DNA of 63,750 bases, filler included, from Lenisia limosa (Eukaryota > Protista > Breviatea): NCBI GenBank assembly GCA_001655205.1. It is 15 parts of 15 records of this genome, joined end to end, with 100 filler letters (N's around TTAATTAATTAA, not from the genome) between each part and the next. Parts side by side here need not be neighbours in the genome. Positions count along the whole stretch, not along the records: positions 1 to 9,166 come from LPNZ01009674.1; positions 9,267 to 11,989 come from LPNZ01005314.1; positions 12,090 to 14,747 come from LPNZ01000385.1; 12 more parts are not named here. One strand, 5' to 3'. The translations under genes and the position numbers were made by a program. The notes under the pieces are model-generated. The model was not told the DNA's origin. It was given only the letters and a program-made list of their open reading frames with translations, and did not search any database. This document shows positions 1-12,461 of this stretch, one piece after another (positions within the stretch are counted from its first letter, which is position 1; every line of letters starts with the position of its first letter).

Positions 1-48
1 ACCACGCCAACCTCTCCCAGGTCACAGCTAACCTGGTGGGTTTATATA

Positions 49-124
49 CAGTGACCGGGATAAGTCTACCTATTTGCAATGTGTTTTCCCAAGGACAATA
101 GGTCAAGATTTATCCTGGTCACTG
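49..124. mobile_element. Tc1/mariner-like micro-MITE (family B)
   Basis: CAGTGACCGGGATAAGTCT...AGATTTATCCTGGTCACTG inverted ends, TA on the left. Related copies at 1193-1264, ~19340-19357 (partial), 38475-38551, 54588-54661, 59707-59783. Confidence 0.7.
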
Positions 125-676
125 AATTTGTTAAATTTTCTTGGAATATTCTAGTCTCTGCCTACAAGTGGGAGAGTGTCTCATATTTGGTGCGAAGATA
201 TTATGCGTTGAATAATAGCTGAAAGCCTCTCAAGCTTGCCTGATGTTGAGCATAACCTGTTTTCAACCCCCTTTTTTCATATTGTAAAACTACCTTAATT
301 TGAGAGAACAAGCATTGGTTGTCCGTTTTTTTTGGGCTCCAGTAAAATGCGCTATGACTAGTTTTAACCCTCTTTTTAGAGTAAAACTGTCCGAGAAGAC
401 GTCAGAAGGGAATATGAAGGCCTCGTTCGGGACCTTACAGCTCAAGTTGGAGGGAGGGTTAATCGTGTTTTTTTGTTTGCTTTTTCGAACCAGAGGTTGA
501 TCCATTTGAAAACATAGTATGTAGGTTCGACGATTTCGCTTTTCCATAACTTACAATATCATATAATAGACATGTATGTAGTAATATCTGGCACTTTATG
601 TCCCCACAGCTCTCCTCTCTCTATTTTTTCATTTTGTATCATAAACCGTTGCTACCTTTCTGGCTTACGTATTTAG

Positions 677-3600
677 ATTGTTTCACTTCGTTCGCGATTT
701 GCGGAGTACAAGTCCAACGTCCTTCACGACACTCTTGAAGCCCTTGGAGAAGTGGGGGGAGGGGTAACAGAATGAGCAGAATGAGTTAAGGCTCTGTGCA
801 ATTAATTTTTCAATTAATTGCACAGAGTCGTGAAAATAACAAAGATATGAGGCTCTCGGCCAGATGGGGGTTTGGACAGGATTGGGATTCAACAATGTAT
901 GGGTTTGAACAGTATACTTGCGAGGTGCCTTGCAAATAATTGAGGAAGGAAATTAATTGACAAAATTTAACATTTCAATTCCTGATGCTAAATTCCCTTT
1001 ACAGTATATCCTACTCCAAAGCTTGATATTATTATTTGTTTCAATCAATTACACTGATTTCTAGTTTTATGTTTTAGATCCGAAAGGAAGCCTTGGAGCA
1101 AATGGCAGGTTCAGAAGCTGCTCCGATCGACCTCAAGAGACAAACGCACAAGGCTCTTGAGTAGGCATGGCTATATATAAGTATCATATGTACAGTGACC
1201 GGGATAAGTCTGTACCGAATGTGGTTTCCCAAGGATAATTGGTCAAGACTGATCCCGGTCTCTAGGAGATGAGAAATAAAACAAAGGTCTGTGGCCAATA
1301 GTTAAGCCCCCTCCACCTGATTTTTCACTATTTAGACTGGAAAAGGTGGTAAAAGAAACGCTTGATGACAACCATGATTTCAAAAACGCTATTAGAAAGG
1401 TGGGGGGTAGAAAATATTGGCTTCTTTATTTTATATTTCTTATCTCATTTTTTTTTTTTTCATTACACACATTTCTACTTCAAGAGAAATTATTTCGATA
1501 TAAATCAAGGGAATCAATTAAATAACCGGGAATTTCACCGTGATTATTTGGACTCCTTGCAAATAATTTTAAGAAATTCATGAGTTCTTATTACACGCTT
1601 TAAATTTTGTAACTTTTTTTTTTTTTTTTTTTNNNNNNNNNNNNNNNNNNNNNNNNNNNNNNNNNNNNNNNNNNNNNNNNNNNNNNNNNNNNNNNNNTGC
1701 TCATGCTTTCTAATTTCACTGTTTAGCTGCGCACGCTTGCTGTTATGAAAGACATGGCTCTGCGAAGCGCTTGCTCTGGCAAACTTAGAAAGGTTGGCTT
1801 TGTCAAAATCGACTCAAGAGTTACTATCAATGCGAAATGGATTGCTCCAAGGATGGCCTCTTATTGGATAATTACCCTGTTATCCGAGACAACGTTCCCA
1901 TTTGACACCTTGAGTATTCTAATATGTTATATTGATAATGACTCTGAAGGCGATTTTGAGAACGGGTTAAAAAAGGCAAAAGTAGAGTCAATACGGCGCG
2001 CGCAATACAGAACAGCGTGCTTCGGATATCCGAGACAACTTTCTCAATTGAAACCCTGGCTTTTTCCCAATTGCCCTAACAACCTAGTCTGAAGATGACC
2101 GTCAAGCTGGTGCCAAAGCCCTATGGCGAACAAGGGTGGAAGCGGATCATCGTGAAGCCGTTCTCAAAGACGAGCTCTCTGCTGCCCAACAAGCCGTGAC
2201 CGTTGCTCGAGATGAAGTACGAGGGGGGTAAAACGAAGGAAACTTCGATAGTGGCCATTTGAAATTTTGAAATAATTGTTCAATTGTTGCATGGAGTCCT
2301 AGTGATTTTTTTTTTTTTTTTGTTTGTTTGATTACTAAATTATTATCGTACGTTGGAGTGATGGGNNNNNNNNNNNNNNNNNNNNNNNNNNNNNNNNNNN
2401 NNNNNNNNNNNNNNNNNNNNNNNNNNNNNNNNNNNNNNNNNNNNNNNNNNNNNNNNNGAAAACCCTAGTTGACTGGAAACTTGCCCAATCCAAGGTGGGT
2501 GGGCGACTAGTGATTGATTAAGGCAAATGATTGGGTGAATTAATAATACTGTAATTCAATATCACTTACAATCTTGATGGTGTGGACGGTTTCGGCCAAA
2601 TACAACCTTGTTTTTGTTTATTTCCTACTGCTACATATATATTTAGGGAATAATCAAAACCATGTTACATAATTTTGTACCTCCTCCCTCCCCCCCCAGG
2701 TCTTGGAGGATCTGCGGTCGCGAGTTGACCAGTACGAGAGGTGGTCATCGGTTAATGTTGACCGTCTGCTTACCGAACTGGATAAAAAGGTGGGAAATCG
2801 GTCAGCCAAAAAACTTATATCTACAATATCTAGTATATATTTTTATAATATAGTTAAAGCCGCGAACATGATTAAAACCGCGAACGAAAAGGAGGCTTTT
2901 CTTTAAATTTTTGAGCCAATACGCTCCTTCTTTTCGCCTCTTTCGCATTTTTTTTACAAATTATCGCCCGAAACACTCCTTTATACAGGGTTTTATTCAT
3001 AAGAATAGGCAGTTGTAGCAAAATACCACCTTCATGGTACTACAATTTTTCATGCGAAATACATTAAAATCACTTATTATGGGCCTAGAATGTCCCTGCG
3101 ATAAAGTGAAGATGTTCTTGCACCATCAGATTTGATTTTTTTTTCCACTCTTGAGTAACCTAGAGGCATTTAAGTAGAGAATACGAGACAAATTGGGCAA
3201 AAAATGAGCGTAAATTACCCATAAATGGGCGAAAACATGATAGAAGATGTTAATAAATCAAGTGAATTTGACTCTTACCTTTTGTGCCGTTCCAGAACGG
3301 TAAATGGGTTGTTGACACAGCATATACTTTAATCAGACGTCTATTTCGTCCACAGGCTCCATTATAGAGACTGAACAAGAAAAACTTGAAAAAACCGTGA
3401 CAAAAGTTGACTTAAATACCTCAAAATCACTACATTTTCTCCAAAAATGGACTTCAGATTCGAATTCTCCTTAAAAAATTGCGTTTCTATAGTGGGGACT
3501 TTAATAGGCTCAAAATGCTATTATTCTGAAAGAGGGGGGTTTCAAAAAATATTTTCGCGTAAAGGAAACTGGGTGACCCGGCCGGGTTAGATTCTGATCA

Positions 3601-5970
3601 AAAGATCTTTATTTTCGATTTTTTTTTTTATCTCAAAATTTCTTTGTTTTGATGTTATTGATAGTCTAGTACTCAAAACTGCCGAATTTCANNNNNNNNN
3701 NTCGCGGTTTTAATCATATTCGCGGTTTCAAACATCAACCTATATATTGGATGACCACCCTTATTTCATTGTTTGAACTGGATAAAAAGGTTCAATTAAT
3801 TTTCATTGTTTGAACTTGATAAAAATGTGGGAAATCTACATTTGTGGAATGTGAATGGATGGAGAATCTACACTTTCTTTTGTATTGTTTTTATTATTGC
3901 TTTTGTGGTGTTGGATTGCTATCAAAATAACCCTATAGGATGCCGATTTGGCGGACCTGCGGCAAAAAGACGGAACAAGCCGAAGAACAATGGCCGTGGA
4001 AGATACTCATAGGAGACAGGCGGTAACCANNNNNNNNNNNNNNNNNNNNNNNNNNNNNNNNNNNNNNNNNNNNNNNNNNNNNNNNNNNNNNNNNNNNNNN
4101 NNNNNNNNNNNNNNNNNNNCTGATTATTTTGTAGCACTAATAAGATAAACTTGGCTTTATCTTCTTGAAAGATAACTTCAGCTGGATAACAATAGGCGGT
4201 CCCAAAAAAGACCAAATTTTTCGATAAATCCTCGATAAATATCGATATTTCAACGGTATTTTTCGGACCGTTGGGAAGCCCTAATTAATCTCAGATGGAT
4301 AAAAGTTGTCTCAGGAAGGCCGTTTAACTCATCATATCAATACCCCCAACATGTCATCCCCCATTTAACGTGATTGGATGCGGTGCTACAAAGCGACTGG
4401 CCTGGGTGTTGTCCGCCAACAGAGTTGATTTAGGCTTTTTAAAAAGTTTTCCAATTTTACTACTTTTACGCCAATATTCTTCATTGAAATTTCCTTCCTG
4501 TTACCCCCCCTCTAACATCACCCCCCTGAATATCATCACCCCTTCTACAGGCAAGTGAAAGAGGCTGCCCTGGATAGTGTTGCACAGCTGAAAAAGAGCA
4601 AGTCTCGCATTGAAGGATCGTATAAAACCGCCAATGCTGCTCTGATGAAGGTCTGTGGTGACATTATGTGGATGATGATGAATGTGATACATGTTGTCAA
4701 TATTAGACAATAATCTCTCTCCATTCACTGACCTTCAGGCAACATCTGAGTCGGAGGAGCTACGTGCGGCTCTCAAGGAAAGCAAAGNNNNNNNNNNNNN
4801 NNNNNNNNNNNNNNNNNNNNNNNNNNNNNNNNNNNNNNNNNNNNNNNNNNNNNNNNNNNNNNNNNNNNNNNNNNNNNNNNNNNNNNNNNNNNNNNNNNNN
4901 NNNNNNNNNNNNNNNNNNNNNNNNNNNNNNNNNNNNNNNNNNNNNNNNTGTACATTAGAAATCTAGGGAACCAAATAAATACTTAGGGATACCATATACA
5001 ATTACCATATCGGAATATATTATATTTTAATCTACAGGAACAAAAAATGTCAACTCATGCTTTAGACGATTTACCATTCCTGTCGTCAAACGCAGGTATG
5101 TACCCTCTTGAGTTTATAATCTCTGTTTCAATAGGATAATCGATAATATCATCTACTGATGTCTTCTATGTTGGTCTTTACTTCGGTTCAAAAACAAGAC
5201 TGAATTTTTGGATCAATCTTCGATAAATATCGATATTTTATCGGTCTTTTTCGAACCGAAGTGAAGCCCTAATTGTACTCAAACCGCTCTGGAAGGGAGA
5301 CAAAAGACCAGGAACAATATCCATATCTGAAGATTTGTCGAGAAATTCCTTTTTTTATGACTTTTCTTTTTAAAAAAAAAAAGAGAGGCCCTAAATGCCA
5401 TATAGGACCGCGTACACCCCGCAGCACTGACACTCCTCGCACTTCTACGCCTCGAATGTCGGTCATGTCACCAGGTTTGCATTTTGATATTTTATGGGGA
5501 ATACCACGGCGCATCAACTTGGGATTCTTGTGAAAAGTTGGAATTCCCATATTTTTCATGGGAATCCCATTAGTTTTATGGAAATTTGAAGAAATTTTGG
5601 GACCCAATTCGATGTGCCGCAGGGAAATATAGCATTGATTCTCCATTGGAGCTGATTGTCCTTTCCTAAATTTGGATGTATGTTCAGTTTGATTTCGGGT
5701 AAATATTGCACAAGTCGTGAATATTACCAAGTTTTCACACCCTCCCCCGAAACCTATATCAATACCACTTTAAGAATCTTGACTCGTTAACCTTGTCACC
5801 ATATTAGGAAGGAGGTCTGTTTCTTCACGCCCTACTTCTGCCAGCTCGTCAAGACCAGCTTCAGCAGTGGGGTACTAATTGACTATTTTTTTTATTATTT
5901 TTTTTTCGTGATGAAATTATTTTGCTGTTAATACCCTTAATACTCTTAGACCAGAAGAACTGTAAAATAA
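677..5970 (+). CDS. Multi-exon coiled-coil protein of unknown identity (5' part outside window)
   Basis: GT-AG bounded exons: IVSLRSRFAEYKSNVLHDTLEALGE (~677-751), IRKEALEQMAGSEAAPIDLKRQTHKAL (~1078), SEDDRQAGAKALWRTRVEADHREAVLKDELSAAQQ (~2088), VLEDLRSRVDQYERW (~2700), DADLADLRQKDG (~3939), QVKEAALDSVAQLKKSK (~4550), RRSVSSRPTSASSSRPASA (~5810). Heptad-like charged helices. Confidence 0.55.
792..827. repeat. Perfect 16-bp-arm hairpin, collapsed remnant of hAT-like MITE family G
   Basis: CTCTGTGCAATTAATT-TTTC-AATTAATTGCACAGAG; arms resemble the TIR of the element at 62052-62191. Confidence 0.65.
2859..3726. mobile_element. Probable ~0.9-kb non-autonomous DNA transposon in an intron
   Basis: CCGCGAACATGATTAAAACCGCGA (2860-2883) is the near-perfect reverse complement of TCGCGGTTTTAATCATATTCGCGG (3702-3725); no coding capacity seen between. 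Confidence 0.5.
4193..4283. mobile_element. hAT-like MITE family A (subtype A2), degenerate
   Basis: CGGTCCCAAAAAAGAC...GATAAATCCTCGATAAATATCGATATT...GGACCGTTGGGAAGCCCTA. Confidence 0.65.
5171..5271. mobile_element. hAT-like MITE family A (subtype A1)
   Basis: CTTCGGTTCAAAAACAAGAC...GTCTTTTTCGAACCGAAGTGAAGCCCTA. Confidence 0.7.
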
Positions 5971-7759
5971 GGTCAAGTTGTATTGTGTCGTAGTTTTATT
6001 TATTATGAAATTGTTATTTTGGAGAGATGGATTGCAATTTATATATTCATAGGAAACTCTATGAATCAAAAACAGGTTTTAAATCATATCTTATAGTCTC
6101 CTATTGTCAATACCATAAACAAAAAACCAAAACAGACAGATCACAAGCAATTAACACCACAATAATATAAAAACTAATCAATAGGGCTAAAAAGCAGAGG
6201 CTAGTACCCCCTGGATTTATTATGGTCATCAATGACCTTGAGTACCTGGTCAAACTGTGTTAGCCGGTCCTAGGATATTAGGGACTCCATGCAATCAATT
6301 GAAAAATGTCGCAAAACATGAAGCTGGACAAAAGCACAGCTATTAGGATTTTTAACAATTGAAAGTAACTATAAAAATAATATGGGGATAAAATCATTTC
6401 AGACCTGTAGTCTCTTTTTTTGGCGATTGAGGGCCTTTTCATGCTCAATTGGCCCATTTACCTAAAGGGTTTAATTTTTTTTTGAAAAACCTCCTCAGCC
6501 TTACCGATGCGAAAAAGACTGGTAAATTATCATGTTTTCGAAGATCTATCGAGAAATTCTTTTTTGAACCGAAGTGAAAACTCCAGCTGAATTCCAGCCT
6601 ACTTTTCCGGCCAGTTCACAGGTTTCTACTGCCATAACCTTCCACTCGTTGGTGTGTTTGCGATATCTAAGTTTGTAAGTTATCGTGAGAGCGAACACTG
6701 CGACACGTCTTGGAAATCTTATGAAACAGGTTGGAAATCCCATATGGAAATCCCATTGAATCTTTTGAGCATTTAAGGAAATTTACATATGTGATTCCCA
6801 AATAGTATCAAGTAGATGCGCCGCAGTTGACAGGCATCCCAACCTTGACATGAACGAGTCGTCTTCTTCAGTATTATCAACCTAAAAAAAATCATTTTTA
6901 TGCGAGCACTAAACAAAAAAGGAATTAAAACCCTTGTTTTTCACAAAACGCCTTTGAAAAACCTGAATGCTTGCTGGCCGTTTTGACTTGAAGCCTGTGG
7001 CAGATTTCAGTTTTGAGGGTGCGATTTGGTCGCGGTTTGGCATTTGGCCCTTTGTAGGTAAATGCTGAGAACACTGTCGAAATCGAAAACATTTGTTGAT
7101 GAACACTACGGAGCATCGACTTGGGGTTTTATATCATATATAGCTATATGGGAATTACAAAAATTCTTCAGATTTCCATAAAACCACATGTAATTCCCAT
7201 GGCAATTCCCAAGTTTTTCACAAGAACCCCAAGTCGATGCGCCAGCAACTTTTCCGGTCAAAGAAAGCTAGACTTTCAATTTGTACTTTAGAAAATGAAA
7301 CTGTGAGCTGCAAAATGTATAATTGGTTAATGAAAGTATATGTAAGCTGCTAAAAGTCAAGTTGGAATATGAGAAAATATTATGCTATAAAATTCAATCA
7401 CTAAATCATTTCTTTGTGAGTTTCAAGGGGGGGGGGTAAAATTGCTAAATTGTTGAAACAAAATAAGCCAAATCAACTCAGTTGGCTGACAACACACAAG
7501 GGTTGATAACAAAAAAACAAACCAAGCCCATGCCAGGCCAGTCGCTTCTCATCACTCAAAGGGGGGGGGGTCATTTGGGTGGTCCGGGCTTGGAGAAGTG
7601 GAGGCTGGTATTAATTTAAGAATTCGCACTGGGACTAGATGGCATTGGCTTCGAATTCTTGTGAAAAAAACTTGGGAATTCCTATTATTTTCACGTGAAT
7701 TCCATTTTTATGGTAATCTGAAGAAACTTATTGGAGAATCCCAAGTCGACGCGCCGGTG
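5504..7759. mobile_element. Cluster of four ~120-140 bp MITEs, family C (CACTG/CACTA-like ends)
   Basis: Copies at 5504-5623, 6696-6828, 7104-7246, ~7641-7759 with ends like CACT(G/A)CGGCGCATCGACTTGGG...CCCAAGTCGATGCGCCG and a shared core (TTCTTGTGAAAA..TTGGGAATTCCCAT). Confidence 0.65.
6224..7100 (-). CDS. Possible small multi-exon gene, unknown
   Basis: Minus-strand exon-like segments with AG/GT boundaries: VDNTEEDDSFMSR (~6840-6880), RYRKHTNEWKVMAVETCELAGK (~6600-6665), DRLTQFDQVLKVIDDH (~6224-6270). Confidence 0.3.
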
Positions 7760-7865
7760 TCGTTATAGTGTAACGTATAATATGATACACTACTATAGTA
7801 TGCTATAAAAATTACTCATACCGAAAAATTATGTCCGAAAGTGATTTTATAAACCATATATCATA

Positions 7866-8524
7866 TTATATGCGTCCATTCAAAATTCCGGTTTTTTTGC
7901 CAATTCCGGTTTTTAGACAATCTTGAAGTTGAATTCTCTCAAAAAGTGGTGGAAACTACAGAAGGATCTTGCAAGACAAATTTTTATTTTATTTTTTGAA
8001 AAAATTTGACCTTGACTATCTTTAAAAACATGATTTTTTTGTGTTTATGCCCGTTCCACTCAGTTTAGTTTCGAATAACGCCCTTTTCTGAAACNNNNNN
8101 NNNNNNNNNNNNNNNNNNNNNNNNNNNNNNNNNNNNNNNNNNNNNNNNNNNNNNNNNNNNNNNNNNNNNNNNNNNNNNNNNNNNNNNNNNNNNNNNNNNN
8201 NNNNNNNNNNNNNNNNNNNNNNNNNNNNNNNNNNNNNNNNNNNNNNNNNNNNNNNNNNNNNNNNNNNNNNNNNNNNNNNNNNNNNNNNNNNNNNNNNNNN
8301 NNNNNNNNNNNNNNNNNNNNNNNNNNNNNNNNNNNNNNNNNNNNNNNNNNNNNNNNNNNNNNNNNTCATATTTTTAAAGATAGTCAAGGTCAAATTTTTT
8401 CAAAAAAAAAAAATTGTCTTGCAAGATCCTTCTGTGGTTTCCACCACTTTTTGAGAGAATTCAACTTCAAGATGTCTAAAAACCGGAATTGGCAAAAAAA
8501 CCGGAATTTTGAACGGACACATAT
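7866..8524. mobile_element. Foldback element with ~165-bp inverted arms
   Basis: 7866-8033 is the near-exact reverse complement of 8366-8524; the centre is mostly a gap. Confidence 0.75.
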
Positions 8525-8559
8525 GATTTACTAATATATACCTATATATAATATTACCA

Positions 8560-8870
8560 ATATGTGGCCGTTCAAAATTCTGTTTTTTTCCGCTACTTCT
8601 AGTTTTATTCTTGTTTATGTTTTAATAAAAATATATTTATTTTGTTATCCAGTATCCGTCCTTAGTNNNNNNNNNNNNNNNNNNNNNNNNNNNNNNNNNN
8701 NNNNNNNNNNNNNNNNNNNNNNNNNNNNNNNNNNNNNNNNATATATACATTTTAGACTTGTTTTTCTCAAAAAGAGGGAATCTCGTAAAAAACAAAACAG
8801 AAAAAAAAACCAGAAGTACTCTAGAAAACCAGAAATAGCAAAAAACCAGAAGTTTGAACGGCCGCATATG
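8560..8870. mobile_element. Related inverted-repeat element
   Basis: ATATGTGGCCGTTCAAAATTCTG...CCAGAAGTTTGAACGGCCGCATATG ends, similar to the start of the 7866 arm (ATATGCGTCCATTCAAAATTCCGG). Confidence 0.55.
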
Positions 8871-8919
8871 ATATTATATTGTTTATAAGATGGTATTACC
8901 TTGAGTATNNNNNNNNNNG

Positions 8920-9086
8920 GATTCATGCAGTTATCGTCAAAAAAATATTTTGATAGGCTTGAGATATATCCACAGTCTTATCAAAAATTGATATATCTCA
9001 AGCCTATTGAAAATATGCCTTGAACTGGACCTGCCAGTGTTATATCTCAAGCCATTACAATTTTTTGACGAAAACTGCATGAATCA
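8920..9086. mobile_element. MITE with GATTCATGCAGTT..CGTCAAAAAA inverted ends
   Basis: GATTCATGCAGTTATCGTCAAAAAA...TTTTTTGACGAAAACTGCATGAATC, with internal GATATATCTCAAGCC repeats in both orientations. Confidence 0.65.
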
Positions 9087-9166
9087 ATAGGTTTTAGAGG
9101 TCTGCGGTTTCAGAAAAGGGCGTTATTCGAAACTAAACTGAGTGGAACGGGCATAAACACAAAAAA

Positions 9167-9266
9167 NNNNNNNNNNNNNNNNNNNNNNNNNNNNNNNNNN
9201 NNNNNNNNNNTTAATTAATTAANNNNNNNNNNNNNNNNNNNNNNNNNNNNNNNNNNNNNNNNNNNN
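9167..9266. other. Artificial contig-joining linker (N44-TTAATTAATTAA-N44)
   Basis: Same 100-nt cassette with core at 9211, 12034, 14792, 18078, 23612, 25086, 29614, 32406, 35147, 38286, 39894, 53937, 56188, 58645; the core puts stops in all six frames; genes are cut at these points. Confidence 0.95.
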
Positions 9267-9699
9267 TAAGAAAATAAAATTCGGAGTTATATTATAAAAT
9301 TCGGAGTTTTGGCGCTCCAGCATATAGTATAGGTGGGGGTGGAAAACCCCGACAGGGGGGGAAACCTCGACAGCCCGCAAAGAAAAAGAATGATGATATT
9401 TTCTGTTGAAAAAGAAATTTCTATGTACTAAAATAAAGTTTGACAAGTTTTTATTTCTTGTCATGAGTGAAGCGACACGACAATAATTAAATTTAACTGA
9501 CTCCTAATTTTTGCAACTTTTTTCAAAATCTTGATTATTTGGTGTTGACATGTTTCTAAATATCAAACCATTGTGTTTAAAGAAGAAAAATAATAGGCAA
9601 ACATGTGGGAAAGGGCAAAACAGCTTTCCATTTTTGTTTTTTGTTTTTTCTCATTTTGTCAAGCAGGAAACACCTCACAGTTAATTGAAGTATAGTAAT

Positions 9700-10240
9700 T
9701 AGTTTCATTGATGTCAATTCTTCTGCGCTTTGAAGATTTAAAGGACCAGGTGAGGGTTTTGTCTTTGGCCCTTGTTGGAACTCCTCATAGAGTGCGCCTC
9801 CTTCTATCTTTATCCAGTTTTTTAGAATGACTTTACTGTGATATGAGTTTCACTTCGGTATAGAGCCCTTAAGGCTTGCGGTCAGAAGCTGCCCTGACTT
9901 TGGTGCACTCGCCATTGAAGAGAAAATCTCGTCTATTCTCTCGCTGATTATACAGGCGTTCTACGTTATCTCTCTGAGTCACTGCAGCTTATCTTCTTAA
10001 CGTAAGAAGGCTAATAGTTGTATCAATTGTTGCTGAGTGCCCTTATATTTTGTCTTTTCTTATTCACTATTTGATTAGATAAAATGTACCAAGTTTCAAA
10101 GTACAAGAATGGGGCTGTGAAGCGTAGACCTGGGCGTACAACATACCTCCATCCGGATCTTGCAGATCATTTTCTGAGACTTGTCTTAGAGCGTGTTGTC
10201 CGTGGTGAGAACCCAAACACCTCCCAGTTGAGAGAGATGG
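9700..10240 (-). CDS. Unknown multi-exon gene fragment
   Basis: Exons GSHHGQHALRQVSENDLQDPDGG (donor GTATG), VTQRDNVERLYNQRENRRDFLFNGECTK, KVILKNWIKIEGGALYEEFQQGPKTK. Confidence 0.35.
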
Positions 10241-10573
10241 GGGGGGGGGGTTAAAGTTACATCTCCATTCTGTTTGTCTCTTTGAAATGCGGACATTTCT
10301 TTTCAATATAATCCATCAAGTAACTATAGTGGGCCTTTACTACAGCCAAAGAATTCGGCACTACTACTCCTGAACACCCTCCATGCAAGGACTGGGCCAA
10401 GGATTTGCTTATCGTTACCCATTTCCGGATTAACATAGGCGTTTGTGGAGTCTGTGGAGTCAGATGATGAGGTTTGTTTCAAAATGAACTCTAACCCACA
10501 ATGTGATAAATAGTTTGTATTTTAAATAATATATGTTATCATATATCATATAGTATTGAAAGTGGCCTCTCAG

Positions 10574-11104
10574 TTGATCCTTCCCGTCTTGCCGTCCACC
10601 TTCCTGAGACAGTTCACTTCACCGAAGCCACTTTGCCACCTACTAGAACTGCCCTTTATTCCTGCATTCTGAACACCCCCGAGCTCATTTCCTTGATTGA
10701 GATTGCCAAGGAGAATGAGTACGCTGCCGTTGCCAAAGACGCTTGGGTAGAAGTTGCAAAGTACCGTGACCAGCTCACTGCTGCTGAAGTCGACCTTGTC
10801 CTCGCCGACCGTGACACCCTCCCTTGGGCCAACTGCAGCTGTATCAAGTTTGCCCCCATGACCATCTACGACTACTTCTCCAAAAAAGAAGCGCGTTGAC
10901 ATCACCCCTCTACCATTGACCACTATAAGGCCAGGCTCCTTCAAGAAGTGGAGGCTGCTGAGAACGAGAGGCGCCGTTAACTGGAAGAGGCTATTATTGC
11001 AGGTATGTGGTTGTAGCTACTTTTTGGCTATTTAATTCCAGTCTCATGATATAGAAGCTGAAGATGAAACGCGTCAAAAGCGCCAAAAGCAACAGAAACT
11101 TCAG
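10574..11104 (+). pseudogene. Spliced pseudogene with two in-frame stops
   Basis: One frame reads VDPSRLAVHLPETVHF...YDYFSKKEAR*HHPSTIDHYKARLLQEVEAAENERRR*LEEAIIA (TGA 10897-10899, TAA 10978-10980), then a phase-consistent GT-AG intron to EAEDETRQKRQKQQKLQ. Confidence 0.55.
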
Positions 11105-12461
11105 GGTTAGTCGTACTTTTCTCTAATTGTCCCTTTTTTTGCATTTCCTCCATTACCAGTTTGGTCTATCCGTACACCACAAGCAAGAACTCGTAGGATT
11201 CCGAGAGTTTCCGTCGATAAGCCTCGCCGTGGTTTGTTGGTGTTTTTATTCTTGTTGAGATTAAACTGGCGTATTCCTTGTGCTCTCAAAAGACATTTGA
11301 AAAACCTCACTTCTCTAGGAAAAAAGAAGTCTCGCTAGCCTTGTTGATACGCTTGATTCTCAAATTGTTCTTATATAATATGTCTATTCTGGTGAATTGA
11401 GTTGGGTGACGGTAGTACATGTGAACGACTTAGTGCTTCATCTCAAACGTTCAACGAAACAGACTCATCTAAACCTTCCACGTCCAGAAACTCCAGTGAT
11501 CAGGGGTTTGTGTTGAACTAAATACAAAGATTTTCTTCGAGGTGTCACCAAGAGCTATCAAAAAAAAAATTGTTCTGCTCAAAACAGCGTCTAGTTTTAA
11601 GAAAAGCCTCTCTTGACAATTATCTTTCCAGTATTCTAGTTCAGTTCAGTGATTTTAAGTGTTTTTATTAATAAAAACACTTAATTTTGAGAGAAAAATG
11701 TTCAAAATAGTGCTTTCTACAAGGTCAAACTTTCCCGGATAGTTGCCATTTATTCCTTGAATGTGGCCGATTATATCCATTTTGGTTGTTTGTGGCAGCT
11801 TAAGGGCCGCAAACGTGTAGCCAAGTGACTTAATTTGGGTTTGAGCCAAGAATATGTAAAAAATCGCATTCTGTCCTGTGATTATGACTGAAATTACTTC
11901 CGAAAATAACAAGAAAATGAAGTTTATTGTACTTGTCTAGGGAAAATTCAAGCTGTCCGGGAGTCTTGATGTGTCCGGAGCTTTGACTCNNNNNNNNNNN
12001 NNNNNNNNNNNNNNNNNNNNNNNNNNNNNNNNNTTAATTAATTAANNNNNNNNNNNNNNNNNNNNNNNNNNNNNNNNNNNNNNNNNNNNTGGAGGTTCCG
12101 TTCATTTCTTAAAAAAAACCCTTTATGATGGAATCCTTCAGGGAAGTAATATAGATACTAAAATATCCAAATGAAGATAAATATGAAATGAAGATGTGAA
12201 GAATATAATTATGAGAATACAGAAAAACACTCCTTGTTTAGGGTTTGTAATTGCAAAGATGAAAGACTTAATAATAATAAATAATCTTTTTCCAAAAACT
12301 GTCTAAATAACATGGGATCCAGTAGATATTGCCACCCAGTGAAACGAAGCATTATCCTAAAGCAATCAAAATTGACAGCAACTAAAAAAAAAAGGTGTTG
12401 TAGAATTTCGGATTCACGACCTTCAAAAGAAAAAAAAGGGGGAGGGTCAAATTTACACTCA

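Noticed and set aside
5269-5730. 153-aa minus-strand ORF
   Set aside because: Runs through a family C MITE and poly-A/T tracts; no protein-like composition.
10897-10980. Alternative genetic code or selenocysteine read-through of in-frame stops
   Set aside because: Both TGA and TAA occur in the same frame, other genes have no internal stops, and TAA terminates the ferric reductase normally.
11107-11912. Minus-strand ORFs as transposase remnants
   Set aside because: No DDE or other diagnostic motif could be identified.
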